From Schaalia meyeri (GTDB lineage Bacteria; Actinomycetota; Actinomycetes; Actinomycetales; Actinomycetaceae): a DNA stretch of 32,000 nucleotides. This document shows positions 1 to 9,266 of the stretch, one piece after another. The first letter of the stretch is position 1, and every line of letters begins with the position of its first letter. The position numbers and the translations under genes were made by a program. Location: NCBI RefSeq assembly GCF_900105015.1, contig NZ_FNLK01000005.1, positions 210,001 to 242,000 on the forward strand, given 5' to 3'. The notes below the pieces were generated by a model. The model did not search any database, had not been told where the DNA came from, and worked only from the letters and a program-made list of their open reading frames with translations.

Positions 1-1779
1 GCTTCCAGCGCGACGGCTACCTCGGAACCGGACGCCATGAGGATCACGTCGGGCGTTCCCTCGGTGTCCGCCAAGACGTAGGCGCCTTTGTTGAGGTTCT
101 CCGTTCCAGCCAGGGGAGTGTTCTCGCCGCGCGCGGGGTTGGGCAGGTTCTGGCGGGACAAGATGATGGCCGCGGGGTGGGACTGCTCAAGGATCGCCTT
201 CCAGGAGGCGGCCGTCTCGGCCGCATCTGCGGGGCGGACAACCGCGAGGTTCGGAATCGCCCTATAGGACGCGAGGTGCTCAATGGGTTGGTGGGTCGGC
301 CCGTCCTCGCCGACACCGATAGAGTCGTGGGTCCACACGTAGGTGACAGGCAGGTCCATGAGGGCGGCCAGGCGCACTGCCCCGCGCATGAAGTCGGAGA
401 ACACGAAAAACGTGCCGCCGTAGGCGCGAGTAAAGCCGTCGGCGGCGATGCCGTTGAGGGCGGCACCCATCCCAAACTCGCGCACGCCAAAGTGCAGGTT
501 TCGGCCGAACTCGTTACCGCTGAACGCGCTCGATGAGCGGTGTGCGGGCAGGAAGGACGGCTCGCCCTTGACGAAGGTATTGTTCGATCCTGCCAGGTCG
601 GCGGAGCCCCCCCACAGTTCCGGCAGGACGGGTGCGATCGCGTTGAGGACCTGACCGGAGGCGGCACGGGTGGCGATTGCCTTTCCCTCTTCGAAGGTTG
701 GCAGGGCGTCCGCCCAGCCCTCGGGCAGGCGTCCCTCGGCGAGGCGCTGAAGGAGCGCGGCCTGCTCGGGGTGCGAGCCTTTCCACGCCTCGAAGCGAGC
801 GTCCCAGTCGCGACGATACTCGGCGGCGCGGGTAGCGGCCCGCTCGCGTACCTTCGTCACGAGCGCCTCGTCAGCGTCGAACATCTTGTCCGGGTCAGCT
901 CCCAGGGTCTCCTTTAGGCCCCTGAGCGCGTCGGTGCCGAGCTTGGACCCGTGGATACCGCCGGTGTTCTGCTTGCCGGGGGTGGGCCAGCCAATGATGG
1001 TGCGCAGCGCGATGAGGGATGGCTTCGTCGTCTCAGCCTTGGCCGCGTCGAGCGCGTCGCTCAGGGCAACCGTGTCCTCGTCGTAAGAGCCGTCCTCGGA
1101 GAGCCAGTTGACGCGCTGGACGTGCCAGCCGTAGGACTCGTAGCGGGCCAGCACATCCTCGTTGAAGGCGATGGAGGTGTCATCTTCGATCGAGATGTGG
1201 TTGTCATCCCAGATGACGGTGATGTTGCCCAGCTCCTGGGTACCCGCCAGCGAGGACGCCTCGGCGGAAACGCCTTCCTCGAAGCATCCGTCTCCGGCGA
1301 TCACGTAGACGTGGTGGTCAAAGACGGACTCGCCCAGCGGCGTATCGGCGTCCAGCAGGCCGTGGACACGGCGCGCGTTCATGGCGAAACCGACGGCAGA
1401 GGCGATGCCAGTTCCGAGGGGGCCCGTTGTGATCTCAACGCCCTTGGTGTGACCGTACTCGGGGTGGCCGGGGGTCAATGAGCCGGCGGTGCGCAGCTTC
1501 TCGATGTCCTCCAGTTCGAGACCGAAGCCCGTGAGGTAGAGCTGAACGTACTGGGTGAGGGAGGAATGTCCTGCCGATAGGATGAAGCGGTCGCGGCCGA
1601 TCCACCGCGGATCCGCAGGATCGACGTTCATGACCTTGTTGTAGAGAAGATAGGCTGCGGGTGCCAGCGAAATGGCGGTGCCGGGGTGGCCCGATCCGGC
1701 CTGCTCGACAGCATCCGCCGCCAGGATCTTCGCGGTCTTCACCGCTTCGTCGTCAATGTGGTCCCACTGTAGTGTCACG
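1..1779 (-). CDS. tkt: Transketolase, N-terminal ~593 codons (3' end lies off the window)
   Basis: Not in the ORF track because it runs off the edge. My own reverse-strand translation from GTG at 1779 gives VTLQWDHIDDEAVKTAKILAADAVEQAGSGHPGTAISLAP..., and 301-360 gives MDLPVTYVWTHDSIGVGEDG. These are the ThDP-binding GHPG and THDSIGxGEDGPTHQ transketolase motifs. GGAGA lies 6 nt upstream of the GTG. Confidence 0.93.
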
Positions 1780-1906
1780 TCGGTCTCCAGCTGTTGGGCC
1801 CCAGCGTTGGGGCTTGAAAAGGTTTACCGTGTCACAGTCTAGCGAAATTGTGTGCGCTCGGATAGCGCTCCCACGCATTCGCCGGTTTCTCGCATACGCT
1901 GGCGCT

Positions 1907-2857
1907 ATGACTTCCATGGATGCCCTCGTGAGTGATTGGGCGGACTATTTGCGCGTCGAGAAGGGGGTGTCCGCTCACACGGTGTCGAGCTATCGCAGGG
2001 ATGCCACTCGATACGTGCGCAGCATGGAGCAGCGAGGAGCGCTGAGCTTGGACGAGGTGGCTGGCCGAGACATCGAGGATTACATGATGCGGCTTGCATC
2101 CGGCGAGGTATCGGGAAGCCCCGCCGCGGCCTCGTCGGTGGCGCGCGCCCTAGCTGCGATCCGTGGCCTCCACAGGTATGCCCTGAACGAAGGGGTGGTG
2201 GGAACCGACGTTACGGGGCAGCTGCACGCTCCTCGGCAAGGACGACGCCTGCCCAAAGCCCTGTCGGTTGGTGAGGTGGGGAGGCTGCTTGAGGCAGCCC
2301 ACGCCGATGATTCGCCCGTTGGACTGCGTGACGCCGCGCTGCTGGAGCTTTTGTATGCGACGGGCGCGCGCGTGTCCGAGGCAGTCTCGCTGAGCGCAGA
2401 TGACCTGGATCTTGCGGGGCAGATGCCGGTCGCGCGGCTCTTCGGCAAGGGCCGAAAGGAAAGGATTGTCCCTGTCGGTTCGTTTGCGGTTGACGCGCTC
2501 GAGGCCTACCGAGTTCGCTCCCGTCCGGCGCTGGCAGCGCGCGGTCGAGGCTCGAGCGCATTCTTCCTGAACTCGCGCGGTGCTCCTCTGTCCCGCCAGA
2601 GCGCGTGGACTGCGATCCGTCGCGCCGCCGAGGCTGCGCACCTGGTGGACCGGGTTTCGCCCCACACCCTGCGCCATTCGTTTGCGACACACCTGCTGGA
2701 AGGAGGGGCCAGCGTGCGCGAGGTTCAGGAGCTGCTGGGACACGCGACGGTGGCGACAACCCAGATCTACACGCAGGTCACGGCGGCTGCGTTGCGCGAG
2801 GTGTTTACTCTCTCGCACCCCAGAGCGCGTGGCACGAATGAGATTGAGAAACGATGA
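1907..2857 (+). CDS. xerD: Tyrosine site-specific recombinase XerD
   Basis: ORF 1661..2857. The N-terminal SAM-like domain begins at MTSMDALVSDWADYLRVEKGVSAHTVSSYRRD. The C-terminus HTLRHSFATHLLEGGASVREVQELLGHATVATTQIYT carries the RHR-H-Y catalytic signature. The xerD-parA-scpAB neighbourhood is typical of Actinobacteria. Start chosen at ATG 1907; the 82 upstream codons are Arg/Pro-rich junk overlapping tkt. Confidence 0.9.
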   Translation: MTSMDALVSDWADYLRVEKGVSAHTVSSYRRDATRYVRSMEQRGALSLDEVAGRDIEDYMMRLASGEVSGSPAAASSVARALAAIRGLHRYALNEGVVGTDVTGQLHAPRQGRRLPKALSVGEVGRLLEAAHADDSPVGLRDAALLELLYATGARVSEAVSLSADDLDLAGQMPVARLFGKGRKERIVPVGSFAVDALEAYRVRSRPALAARGRGSSAFFLNSRGAPLSRQSAWTAIRRAAEAAHLVDRVSPHTLRHSFATHLLEGGASVREVQELLGHATVATTQIYTQVTAAALREVFTLSHPRARGTNEIEKR

Positions 2858-2871
2858 TTTAGGATGGAGGT

Positions 2872-3735
2872 GTGACCGAACAATCGCATCCCACGCTGAC
2901 GCCCGACCTGCCTGACGAGTCGGTCGATTTCCCCGTGCCCGCGCCGTTGGCTGGGCACGGTCCCGCCCGTGTTATCGCGATGTGCAACCAAAAGGGTGGC
3001 GTCGGCAAGACGACCACAACCATTAATCTTGGCGCCGCGTTGGCCGAGTACGGGCGTCGCGTCCTGATCGTTGATTTTGACCCGCAGGGTGCGGCCTCCG
3101 TGGGACTGGGGATTAACGCGTTGGATATGGAGCAGACGATCTATTCGCTGCTCATGAATCCGAAGGCCGACGTCGGCGCGACCGTGTGCCATACGGTCAC
3201 GGAAAACCTCGACATTATTCCCGCCAATATCGATCTGTCCGCGGCGGAAGTTCAGCTGGTCAACGAGGTCGCGCGCGAGAGCGCGCTGGCCCGCGTGCTG
3301 CGTCATGTCGAGTCCGACTATGACGTGATTCTGATTGACTGCCAGCCCTCGCTGGGCCTGCTTGCGGTCAATGCGTTGACCGCCGCTCACGGCGTTATCG
3401 TCCCGGTCGAGGCCGAGTTTTTTGCCCTGAGAGGCGTCGCGTTGCTCGTTGAGACGATCGAAACGGTCAGGGATCGTATTAATCCGCGTCTGAAGATAGA
3501 CGGCATCGTGGCTACCATGGTCGATAGTCGCACCCTTCATTCGCGCGAGGTCCTGCAGAGGCTCCAGGAGGCTTTCGGCGATCTCGTATTCGACACGCGC
3601 ATCGGTCGGACGATTAAGTTCCCGGATGCGTCCGTTGCGACGGAGCCCATCATTTCCTACGCGCCGAACCACGCGGGGGCTCACGCATATCGCCGTCTGG
3701 CGCGGGAAGTTGTCGCCCGTGGCGACGCAGCCTGA
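2872..3735 (+). CDS. ParA/Soj-family partition ATPase (deviant Walker A)
   Basis: Contains VIAMCNQKGGVGKTTTTINLGAALAEYGRRVLIVDFDPQG. GTG start preceded by GGATGGAGG. Conserved position between xerD and scpA. Confidence 0.9.
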   Translation: MTEQSHPTLTPDLPDESVDFPVPAPLAGHGPARVIAMCNQKGGVGKTTTTINLGAALAEYGRRVLIVDFDPQGAASVGLGINALDMEQTIYSLLMNPKADVGATVCHTVTENLDIIPANIDLSAAEVQLVNEVARESALARVLRHVESDYDVILIDCQPSLGLLAVNALTAAHGVIVPVEAEFFALRGVALLVETIETVRDRINPRLKIDGIVATMVDSRTLHSREVLQRLQEAFGDLVFDTRIGRTIKFPDASVATEPIISYAPNHAGAHAYRRLAREVVARGDAA

Positions 3736-4588
3736 ACGAGTCGAGGTCCAGGGGGAGTTTGATCTCTTCGCTGTCTCGCTGCCCGTGTTCGAGGGGCCTT
3801 TCGACCTGTTACTCTCGCTGATCGCGCGCAAGAAGCTCGACATTACCGAGGTCGCGCTCGCGCAGGTGACCGACGAGTTCATCGCCTTCATGCGGGCATC
3901 GCCCGACCTGTCGCGGACGACCGAGTTCTTGGTGGTCGCGTCGATGCTGCTCGAGATGAAGTCCGCGCGACTGCTTCCTGACGTGGAGGACGAGGACAAC
4001 ACCAGCGAAGCGGACCTGGAAGCACGCGATCTTTTGTTCTCTCGGCTGCTGCAGTATCGCGCGTACAAGGAGGCCTCGCGGGACATCGCGCAGCGGATGG
4101 AGGAATTCGGCGCATACGTCGCGCGCAACGTTCCCCTCGAGCCTCACTTTGCGGCCCTGCTGCCGGAGCTTTCATGGACCACAGGCCTTAAGGACCTCGC
4201 CCGCATGGCTTCCAACGCCCTCTCGTCCTCGACTCCGACGATCGAGGTGGCGCACTTGCATGATCCGGTCGTGCCCGTCCGTCAGCAGGCACTTATCGTC
4301 TCTGCGATGCTCGCCGAGGCCAAACAGATGACCTTTCGCGAGCTGATTCGCGACGCTTCCTCCCGCGCCGTGGTCGTCTCCCGTTTTTTGGCATTGCTGG
4401 AGCTGTATCGCGAAGGAGCGGTTGAATTCACGCAGGAGCAGGCGCTCGGTAAGCTGTCGATAACGTGGAGCGGCGCAGCTGGAGGCATCGACGTGGACGC
4501 TGGTTGTCACGAGGAGGCCCTAGCCGACGCGGTCACGGCCTTATCGAAGATGAGTAACGACGGCGATGGAAGGCACTGCGAACGATGA
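3719..4588 (+). CDS. scpA: Segregation and condensation protein A (kleisin)
   Basis: FEGPFDLLLSLIARKKLDITEVALAQVTDEFIAFM is the ScpA N-terminal signature. The GTG at 3719 is in frame and overlaps the parA 3' end. The ATGA overlap with scpB suggests coupling. The start is uncertain; the ORF opens at 3626. Confidence 0.85.
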   Translation: MATQPERVEVQGEFDLFAVSLPVFEGPFDLLLSLIARKKLDITEVALAQVTDEFIAFMRASPDLSRTTEFLVVASMLLEMKSARLLPDVEDEDNTSEADLEARDLLFSRLLQYRAYKEASRDIAQRMEEFGAYVARNVPLEPHFAALLPELSWTTGLKDLARMASNALSSSTPTIEVAHLHDPVVPVRQQALIVSAMLAEAKQMTFRELIRDASSRAVVVSRFLALLELYREGAVEFTQEQALGKLSITWSGAAGGIDVDAGCHEEALADAVTALSKMSNDGDGRHCER

Positions 4589-5145
4589 GTGAACATACGC
4601 TGCGCGCGTCCATTGAGGCGATCCTGATGGTAGCGTCTGAGCCGATTACACCGTCGGAGTTGGCGGCGGTCCTGGGAGTCGACGCGTCAAACGTCGAGTC
4701 TCAGCTGCATGTCCTCGCCGACGAGTACAGGGGACGGACAGGCTCTCCTGCCCGCGGCTTTGAGCTGCGAGCGGTTGCCGGTGGGTGGCGCATCTATTCT
4801 TCGCGCGCCTACGCCGATGTTGTGGGGCGTTTCGTCGTGGGTTCTGCCCACGCGCGACTGTCCCAGGCCGCGCTCGAGACACTGGCCGTCATCGCCTACC
4901 GTCAACCTATTTCGCGTGCGCGCATATGCCGCATCCGTGGCGTGAACGTCGACGGTGTGGTGCGTACCCTGCTTGCGCGGGGACTCATCGAAGAGACGGG
5001 CGCGACACCGTCCGGGGCACGACTGTACGGGACGACCGGGGAGTTTCTTGAGAAAATGGGGATGACGAGCCTTTCCGAGCTGCTACCCTTGGCGCCCTAC
5101 CTGCCGGACGCCGATGCGCTGATTGAATTGGAGGAAGAACTATGA
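4585..5145 (+). CDS. scpB: Segregation and condensation protein B
   Basis: 186 aa. LRASIEAILMVASEPITPSELAAVLG and the winged-helix repeats are typical of ScpB. ATGA overlaps with both scpA and rluB. Confidence 0.9.
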   Translation: MSEHTLRASIEAILMVASEPITPSELAAVLGVDASNVESQLHVLADEYRGRTGSPARGFELRAVAGGWRIYSSRAYADVVGRFVVGSAHARLSQAALETLAVIAYRQPISRARICRIRGVNVDGVVRTLLARGLIEETGATPSGARLYGTTGEFLEKMGMTSLSELLPLAPYLPDADALIELEEEL

Positions 5146-5891
5146 GGGCTAACCCCTACACTGAGGGTGGAGTGCGCCTGCAGAAGGTGCTCGCTCAGGC
5201 CGGTGTCGCATCCAGGCGTGCGTCCGAGCAGATGATTGCGGATGGCCGGGTGAGCGTCGACGGACAGATCGTGCGCACCCAGGGTGTTCGCGTTGATCCC
5301 GCGAATCAGGTGATTCACGTCGATGGGGAACGCCTCATCTTGGATGAGACGAAACACATCGTGTTGGCTCTCAACAAACCGATTGGCACCGTCTCCACGA
5401 TGCGCGACCCGGAGGGGCGGCCATCGATCGCCGATCTGATCGCCGACTACCCTGAGCGCCTGTACCACGTGGGACGCCTCGACATCGATACCTCCGGCCT
5501 GCTCCTGCTGACGAATGACGGGGAGCTCGCGAATCGCCTGACGCACCCGTCATACGAGATTCGTAAGACCTACGTGGCGCGCCTACACGGTGAGGTGAAG
5601 CCCGGGGTGAGGCGTCGGCTCCTCGCCGGTATCGAGCTTGAGGACGGGCCGATCGCGGTTGATTCTTTCCGCGTCGTCGATACGTATGGAGACATTACGA
5701 CCGTCGAGATCGTTATTCACGAGGGACGTAACCGCCTGGTGCGCCGCATGATGGATGCGGTCGGGTATCCGGTGCGCGAACTCGTGCGCACCGGATTTGG
5801 TCCGGTCACGCTCGATCACCTGAAACAGGGGACCACGCGTCGGGTTAAGGGCAACGCCCTGGTCGCCCTGTACGGGGCCGTCGGACTGTGA
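5142..5891 (+). CDS. rluB: 23S rRNA pseudouridine synthase, RluB/RsuA family, with S4 domain
   Basis: S4 domain RLQKVLAQAGVASRRASEQMIADGRVSVDG. Catalytic motif HVGRLDIDTSGLLLLTNDGELANRLTHP. Confidence 0.87.
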   Translation: MRANPYTEGGVRLQKVLAQAGVASRRASEQMIADGRVSVDGQIVRTQGVRVDPANQVIHVDGERLILDETKHIVLALNKPIGTVSTMRDPEGRPSIADLIADYPERLYHVGRLDIDTSGLLLLTNDGELANRLTHPSYEIRKTYVARLHGEVKPGVRRRLLAGIELEDGPIAVDSFRVVDTYGDITTVEIVIHEGRNRLVRRMMDAVGYPVRELVRTGFGPVTLDHLKQGTTRRVKGNALVALYGAVGL

Positions 5892-7090
5892 GCACCGCAG
5901 GTGGCGGCGTCGGCGCTCGCGTCGTGTCAACCGTTGGTCCTGTGCTGATTATCGGTTCGGGCCTGCTGGGCGCCTCACTCGGACTGGCACTGCGCGCCGG
6001 GGGAGTGGGCGTCTATCTGGAGGATGCATCGCCCACCTCTCTCCGTTTGGCTTCCGACGTGGGTGCCGGCTGCCCGTTCGCGGACGTGATGGACGAGGCG
6101 GGCATTGCGCGGGAGGAATTAGGCGGGGCCGCGCCGGGCTACGAGGCACCGCGCATCGTTGTCGTTGCAACCCCTCCCGACGTGGCGGATCGCGTTATCG
6201 TCGATTCCCTGCTGCGCTTCCCCGGCGCGATCGTCACGGATGTGGCATCGGTGAAGGGCACCGTGGTTGCCGATGTCCTGGCTGCGTTGGACCAGGCCGG
6301 ACAAACAGATCATGCTTCTCGTTACGTGGGCTCTCATCCGATGGCTGGACGCGAGCGCAGCGGCGCCGGAGCTGCGGATGCTGACCTGTTTTACGGCAGG
6401 CCGTGGGTGATTGTCGCCCACGAATCAACGTCCCCACGCGCGGTGCTTGCGGCGCGCGTGTTGGCCACAGACGCGGGCGCGGTCCCGCTGGAGATGAACG
6501 CTGGAGTGCACGATCACGCCGTCGCGCTCGTATCCCACGTACCGCAGCTGGTGTCCTCGATGCTCGCGGCGCGCCTCGTTGATGCTCCCGCGCAGGCTCT
6601 GGGTCTGGCCGGTCAGGGCCTGCGTGATACCGCGCGAATTGCTGCGTCTGACCCTCGTTTGTGGACGACGATCCTGGCCGGTAACGCGGGGCCCGTCGCC
6701 TCGATTTTGCGCGATCTGCGCGGCGACCTCAATGACCTACTCACTCACCTGGACGCAGCGGCCGAGTTGGGGCCGTTGCGCGGCGGAAGCGTCGGGGCGA
6801 TCAACCGTGTGATGACCGCCGGTAACCGGGGAGTTGCGAGAATTCCGGGCAAGCACGGTGGAGCGCCGTCCCGCTATCGTGAGATCGAGGTCTTGATCCC
6901 GGACGAGCCGGGTGCGCTAGGGCGCTTGTTCAGCGAACTGGGGGAGTCTTCTATCAATATTGAGGATTTCGTCCTCGAGCACTCTGCTGGCGCGCTGGCT
7001 GGCGTCGCTCGCGTCATGATTGATCCGGCGGTCGCTGATCGCTGCGTCGCCGACCTGCAGGAGCGGGGATGGCGTCTCATCACCTACTAG
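5888..7090 (+). CDS. tyrA: Prephenate dehydrogenase with C-terminal ACT-like domain
   Basis: Rossmann motif VLIIGSGLLGASLG. Core motifs GSHPMAGRE and HDHAVALVSHVPQL. C-terminal regulatory domain IEVLIPDEPGALGRLFSELGESSINIEDF. GTGA overlap with rluB. Confidence 0.82.
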   Translation: MSTAGGGVGARVVSTVGPVLIIGSGLLGASLGLALRAGGVGVYLEDASPTSLRLASDVGAGCPFADVMDEAGIAREELGGAAPGYEAPRIVVVATPPDVADRVIVDSLLRFPGAIVTDVASVKGTVVADVLAALDQAGQTDHASRYVGSHPMAGRERSGAGAADADLFYGRPWVIVAHESTSPRAVLAARVLATDAGAVPLEMNAGVHDHAVALVSHVPQLVSSMLAARLVDAPAQALGLAGQGLRDTARIAASDPRLWTTILAGNAGPVASILRDLRGDLNDLLTHLDAAAELGPLRGGSVGAINRVMTAGNRGVARIPGKHGGAPSRYREIEVLIPDEPGALGRLFSELGESSINIEDFVLEHSAGALAGVARVMIDPAVADRCVADLQERGWRLITY

Positions 7091-7117
7091 GATGACTGTG
7101 GTAAGGAGATTGTTCAC

Positions 7118-7846
7118 ATGGACGACATGATGCGCCGGGATGCGATTTCTCGTGTTGGTATCACTATTGCGATCGATGGACCCGCCGGTTCTGGAAAGTC
7201 CACGGTGTCAAAGAAACTGGCCTCGCGTCTGGGGATCGGCTATCTCGACACGGGCGCGATGTATCGCGCGCTCACGTGGTACGTCCTCAAGCGGGGCATT
7301 GACTTTGCCGATACAGCGGCGGTTGCCGGGGCCGCTCACGAGATGCCGCTTCGCCTCGTGTCCGACCCGATGGACCCGCACGTATGGGTCGGGGACTGCG
7401 AGGTCACCGAGCAGATTCGTGCGCCGCGAATTGCGCTTGCGATCAAGCACGTGTCAACCAATCTGTCTGTCCGGTCGTGGATGGCGACCGAGCAACGCAG
7501 GCGGATGATGGAGGCACGCCACAGCGGCTCTGGAATGATTGCAGAGGGGCGCGACATTACGACCGTCGTTTGTCCGAACGCGGATGTTCGTATCCTTCTT
7601 TTGGCGGATCAGGAGGCGCGCCTGCGCAGGAGGACGCTCGAGCTGTACGGCGACGCGACCGATGAACACATGGAGATCGTCCGGGAGCAGGTCGAGGGAC
7701 GGGATCGCGCCGACTCGGAGGTCGCCGAGTTTATGGTCGCTGCGCCCGGCGTGGCCACGGTGGACTCCACCGGACGTGACGTCGAGGGAGTGTGCGATGC
7801 GATCATGCGGTACGTGGATCAAAATCTCGCGGATCGGGACGTCTAG
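7118..7846 (+). CDS. cmk: Cytidylate kinase
   Basis: IAIDGPAGSGKSTVSKKLASRLGIGYLDTGAMYRA. AAGGAG lies 10 nt upstream of the ATG. Confidence 0.93.
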   Translation: MDDMMRRDAISRVGITIAIDGPAGSGKSTVSKKLASRLGIGYLDTGAMYRALTWYVLKRGIDFADTAAVAGAAHEMPLRLVSDPMDPHVWVGDCEVTEQIRAPRIALAIKHVSTNLSVRSWMATEQRRRMMEARHSGSGMIAEGRDITTVVCPNADVRILLLADQEARLRRRTLELYGDATDEHMEIVREQVEGRDRADSEVAEFMVAAPGVATVDSTGRDVEGVCDAIMRYVDQNLADRDV

Positions 7847-8018
7847 CCTCAGCATCGTCGACGCGCCGTCGTGTCCCTGCGGTCTTTTTAGCGGCGAGAG
7901 AATGGCCAGGAGAGCGCCGTCGGCACCCCGGTTCGAATCCCGTGGCCTCCGGTCCCGCGACACCTTCACCGGCCGCGTGTCCGCGTGCAGTAGCCGATAT
8001 GTTGCGACCGTTCGCGCC

Positions 8019-8537
8019 CTAACCGATTCCTGGTGTGTGGTTGGACGTTCCCCCGTGGTTCGAGTAGCCCTGGTTCGGCGGAGCTCCCATCGGCGTACCA
8101 GCCTGCGGGTACTGCGGCCCGTAATTGGGGCCACCGGTGACCCCGTACTGAGGGCCGTTCGGGCTGTTGAAACTGGGCATGTCGCGTGACTGCGCCTTGC
8201 CTTTCCCTAGGTAGAAGTAACGGAAGAGCAGGGCGAACAAGATGACAATGCCACCGACAACAAGGGCGATGATGACGGCGATGGGACTCACGGGACCGTG
8301 GTGACGGTTCCGGACCCTGAATCGGCGCCGTGCGGGAGAAACGGCAACGCTTACCTGCGCCTGCGCTGTAGGCGTTGTGATCGGGTGCCCAGTCGGGGCG
8401 CTGTCTGCGACGGCGACCACACAAGTAGTGGTAGTGGAGGAGGTGGAGGCGGCCTGCGACGGAGCGGATGGCGCGACGATAGCGGCGGTGCCGATAGCGA
8501 GTGCGGCCGCGAATGTCCTGAGTCGGTGCGATGTCAT
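8019..8537 (-). CDS. Hypothetical small membrane protein: N-terminal hydrophobic/signal-like segment, Ser/Thr-rich stretch, one TM helix, Pro/Gly/Gln/Asn/Tyr-rich tail
   Basis: 172-aa ORF with C-ending codon bias like neighbouring genes. GGAG lies 9 nt upstream of the ATG. MTSHRLRTFAAALAIGTAAIVAPSAPSQA is signal-like. TM segment is PIAVIIALVVGGIVILFALLF. The tail has GPQYG/GPNYG/PQYPQAG repeats. I recognise no family. Confidence 0.55.
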   Translation of the reverse strand: MTSHRLRTFAAALAIGTAAIVAPSAPSQAASTSSTTTTCVVAVADSAPTGHPITTPTAQAQVSVAVSPARRRFRVRNRHHGPVSPIAVIIALVVGGIVILFALLFRYFYLGKGKAQSRDMPSFNSPNGPQYGVTGGPNYGPQYPQAGTPMGAPPNQGYSNHGGTSNHTPGIG

Positions 8538-8767
8538 GGGACGATAACTCCAAGCGTTCGGGTAAGCGGACGAACACGTGTCAGTCTAGTCCAGACTGGG
8601 AGCACAATAGTGATCTCACGGTGTAATGCGGGACATTAATGGGTGAATGGCGGGAGGAGCGGATTCCCCTGCGGGTCAGTGTGGTGCGGCGCACTCTCAT
8701 CGGCTTGCTTCTGGGTCTCGTGGTGCGCTATAGTTCTACAGGTCGCCGAGGCGATGATCTTAATTTG

Positions 8768-8844
<77 letters not shown>

Positions 8845-8849
8845 AAGAG

Positions 8850-8875
8850 CCGCGAGGGTTGTCCTCGCGGTTTTT
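8850..8875 (+). terminator. Intrinsic terminator after tRNA-Pro
   Basis: CCGCGAGG-gttgt-CCTCGCGG (8-bp GC stem) followed directly by TTTTT. Confidence 0.65.
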
Positions 8876-9097
8876 GCGTGCCCTCACAGGATGAAGGCTG
8901 AGTGGGGGACCTCTGTCCCTCACGGTTGTTGTTTGTCGGGTTTGTAACCGAAATGTGACCGATGATGTCGCACTTTTATTACCCCTGGTAAATGGCCGTT
9001 TACGCGCGCTCCTGCGAGTGTTTACGCAGGTAAAGGGGGGATACATCAAGCGTACGCTCCATCAATTCTGCGAACGCGGCTGGAGTAAACTGTTTGA

Positions 9098-9133
9098 CAG
9101 GTCGAAGTCATCAACGGGGATGACTTCGACCTG
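9098..9133 (-). terminator. Perfect 15-bp stem-loop, possible U-tract-less terminator of the PH-domain gene or a structured RNA
   Basis: CAGGTCGAAGTCATC-aacggg-GATGACTTCGACCTG. It lies about 135 nt downstream of the stop at 9267 on the minus strand. No clean T-run on either strand. Confidence 0.3.
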
Positions 9134-9266
9134 CTAACCCTCCACCCGGCCCCTGCCACCGGCCTATTGCCGGTCTTCCTTCTACAAGAGGAGGCCCCGG
9201 TCTCGTCCGTGCAACGATGCTACGACGAGGCCAGGGCCGGGGAGGGGATGGTTTTCCGGCTGCTGA

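Noticed and set aside
1661-1906. N-terminal extensions offered by the ORF track: xerD from 1661, scpA from 3626, garA from 18564, rbpA from 22944, lnt from 25899, helY from 28720 and tag from 10634.
   Set aside because: The extensions are Arg/Pro-rich, overlap upstream genes or hairpins, and lack an RBS. Internal starts with a Shine-Dalgarno sequence or stop/start overlaps give protein lengths typical of each family.
7925-7950. A tRNA T-loop-like motif, GGTTCGAATCC, in the cmk downstream spacer. It could be a tRNA gene or an att remnant.
   Set aside because: Flanking bases give only 3 of 5 T-stem pairs. No complementary acceptor 5' strand (GGAGGCC) lies about 65 nt upstream, and no D-arm or anticodon arm can be folded. 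Similarity to the nearby tRNA-Pro 3' end is limited to the loop. It is most likely chance or a very decayed fragment.
8955-9137. A 60-aa GTG-initiated ORF in the spacer after tRNA-Pro.
   Set aside because: It has no RBS, atypical low GC3 compared with neighbouring genes and no recognisable motif, and its 3' end is the 15-bp hairpin. I treat it as non-coding unless expression data say otherwise.
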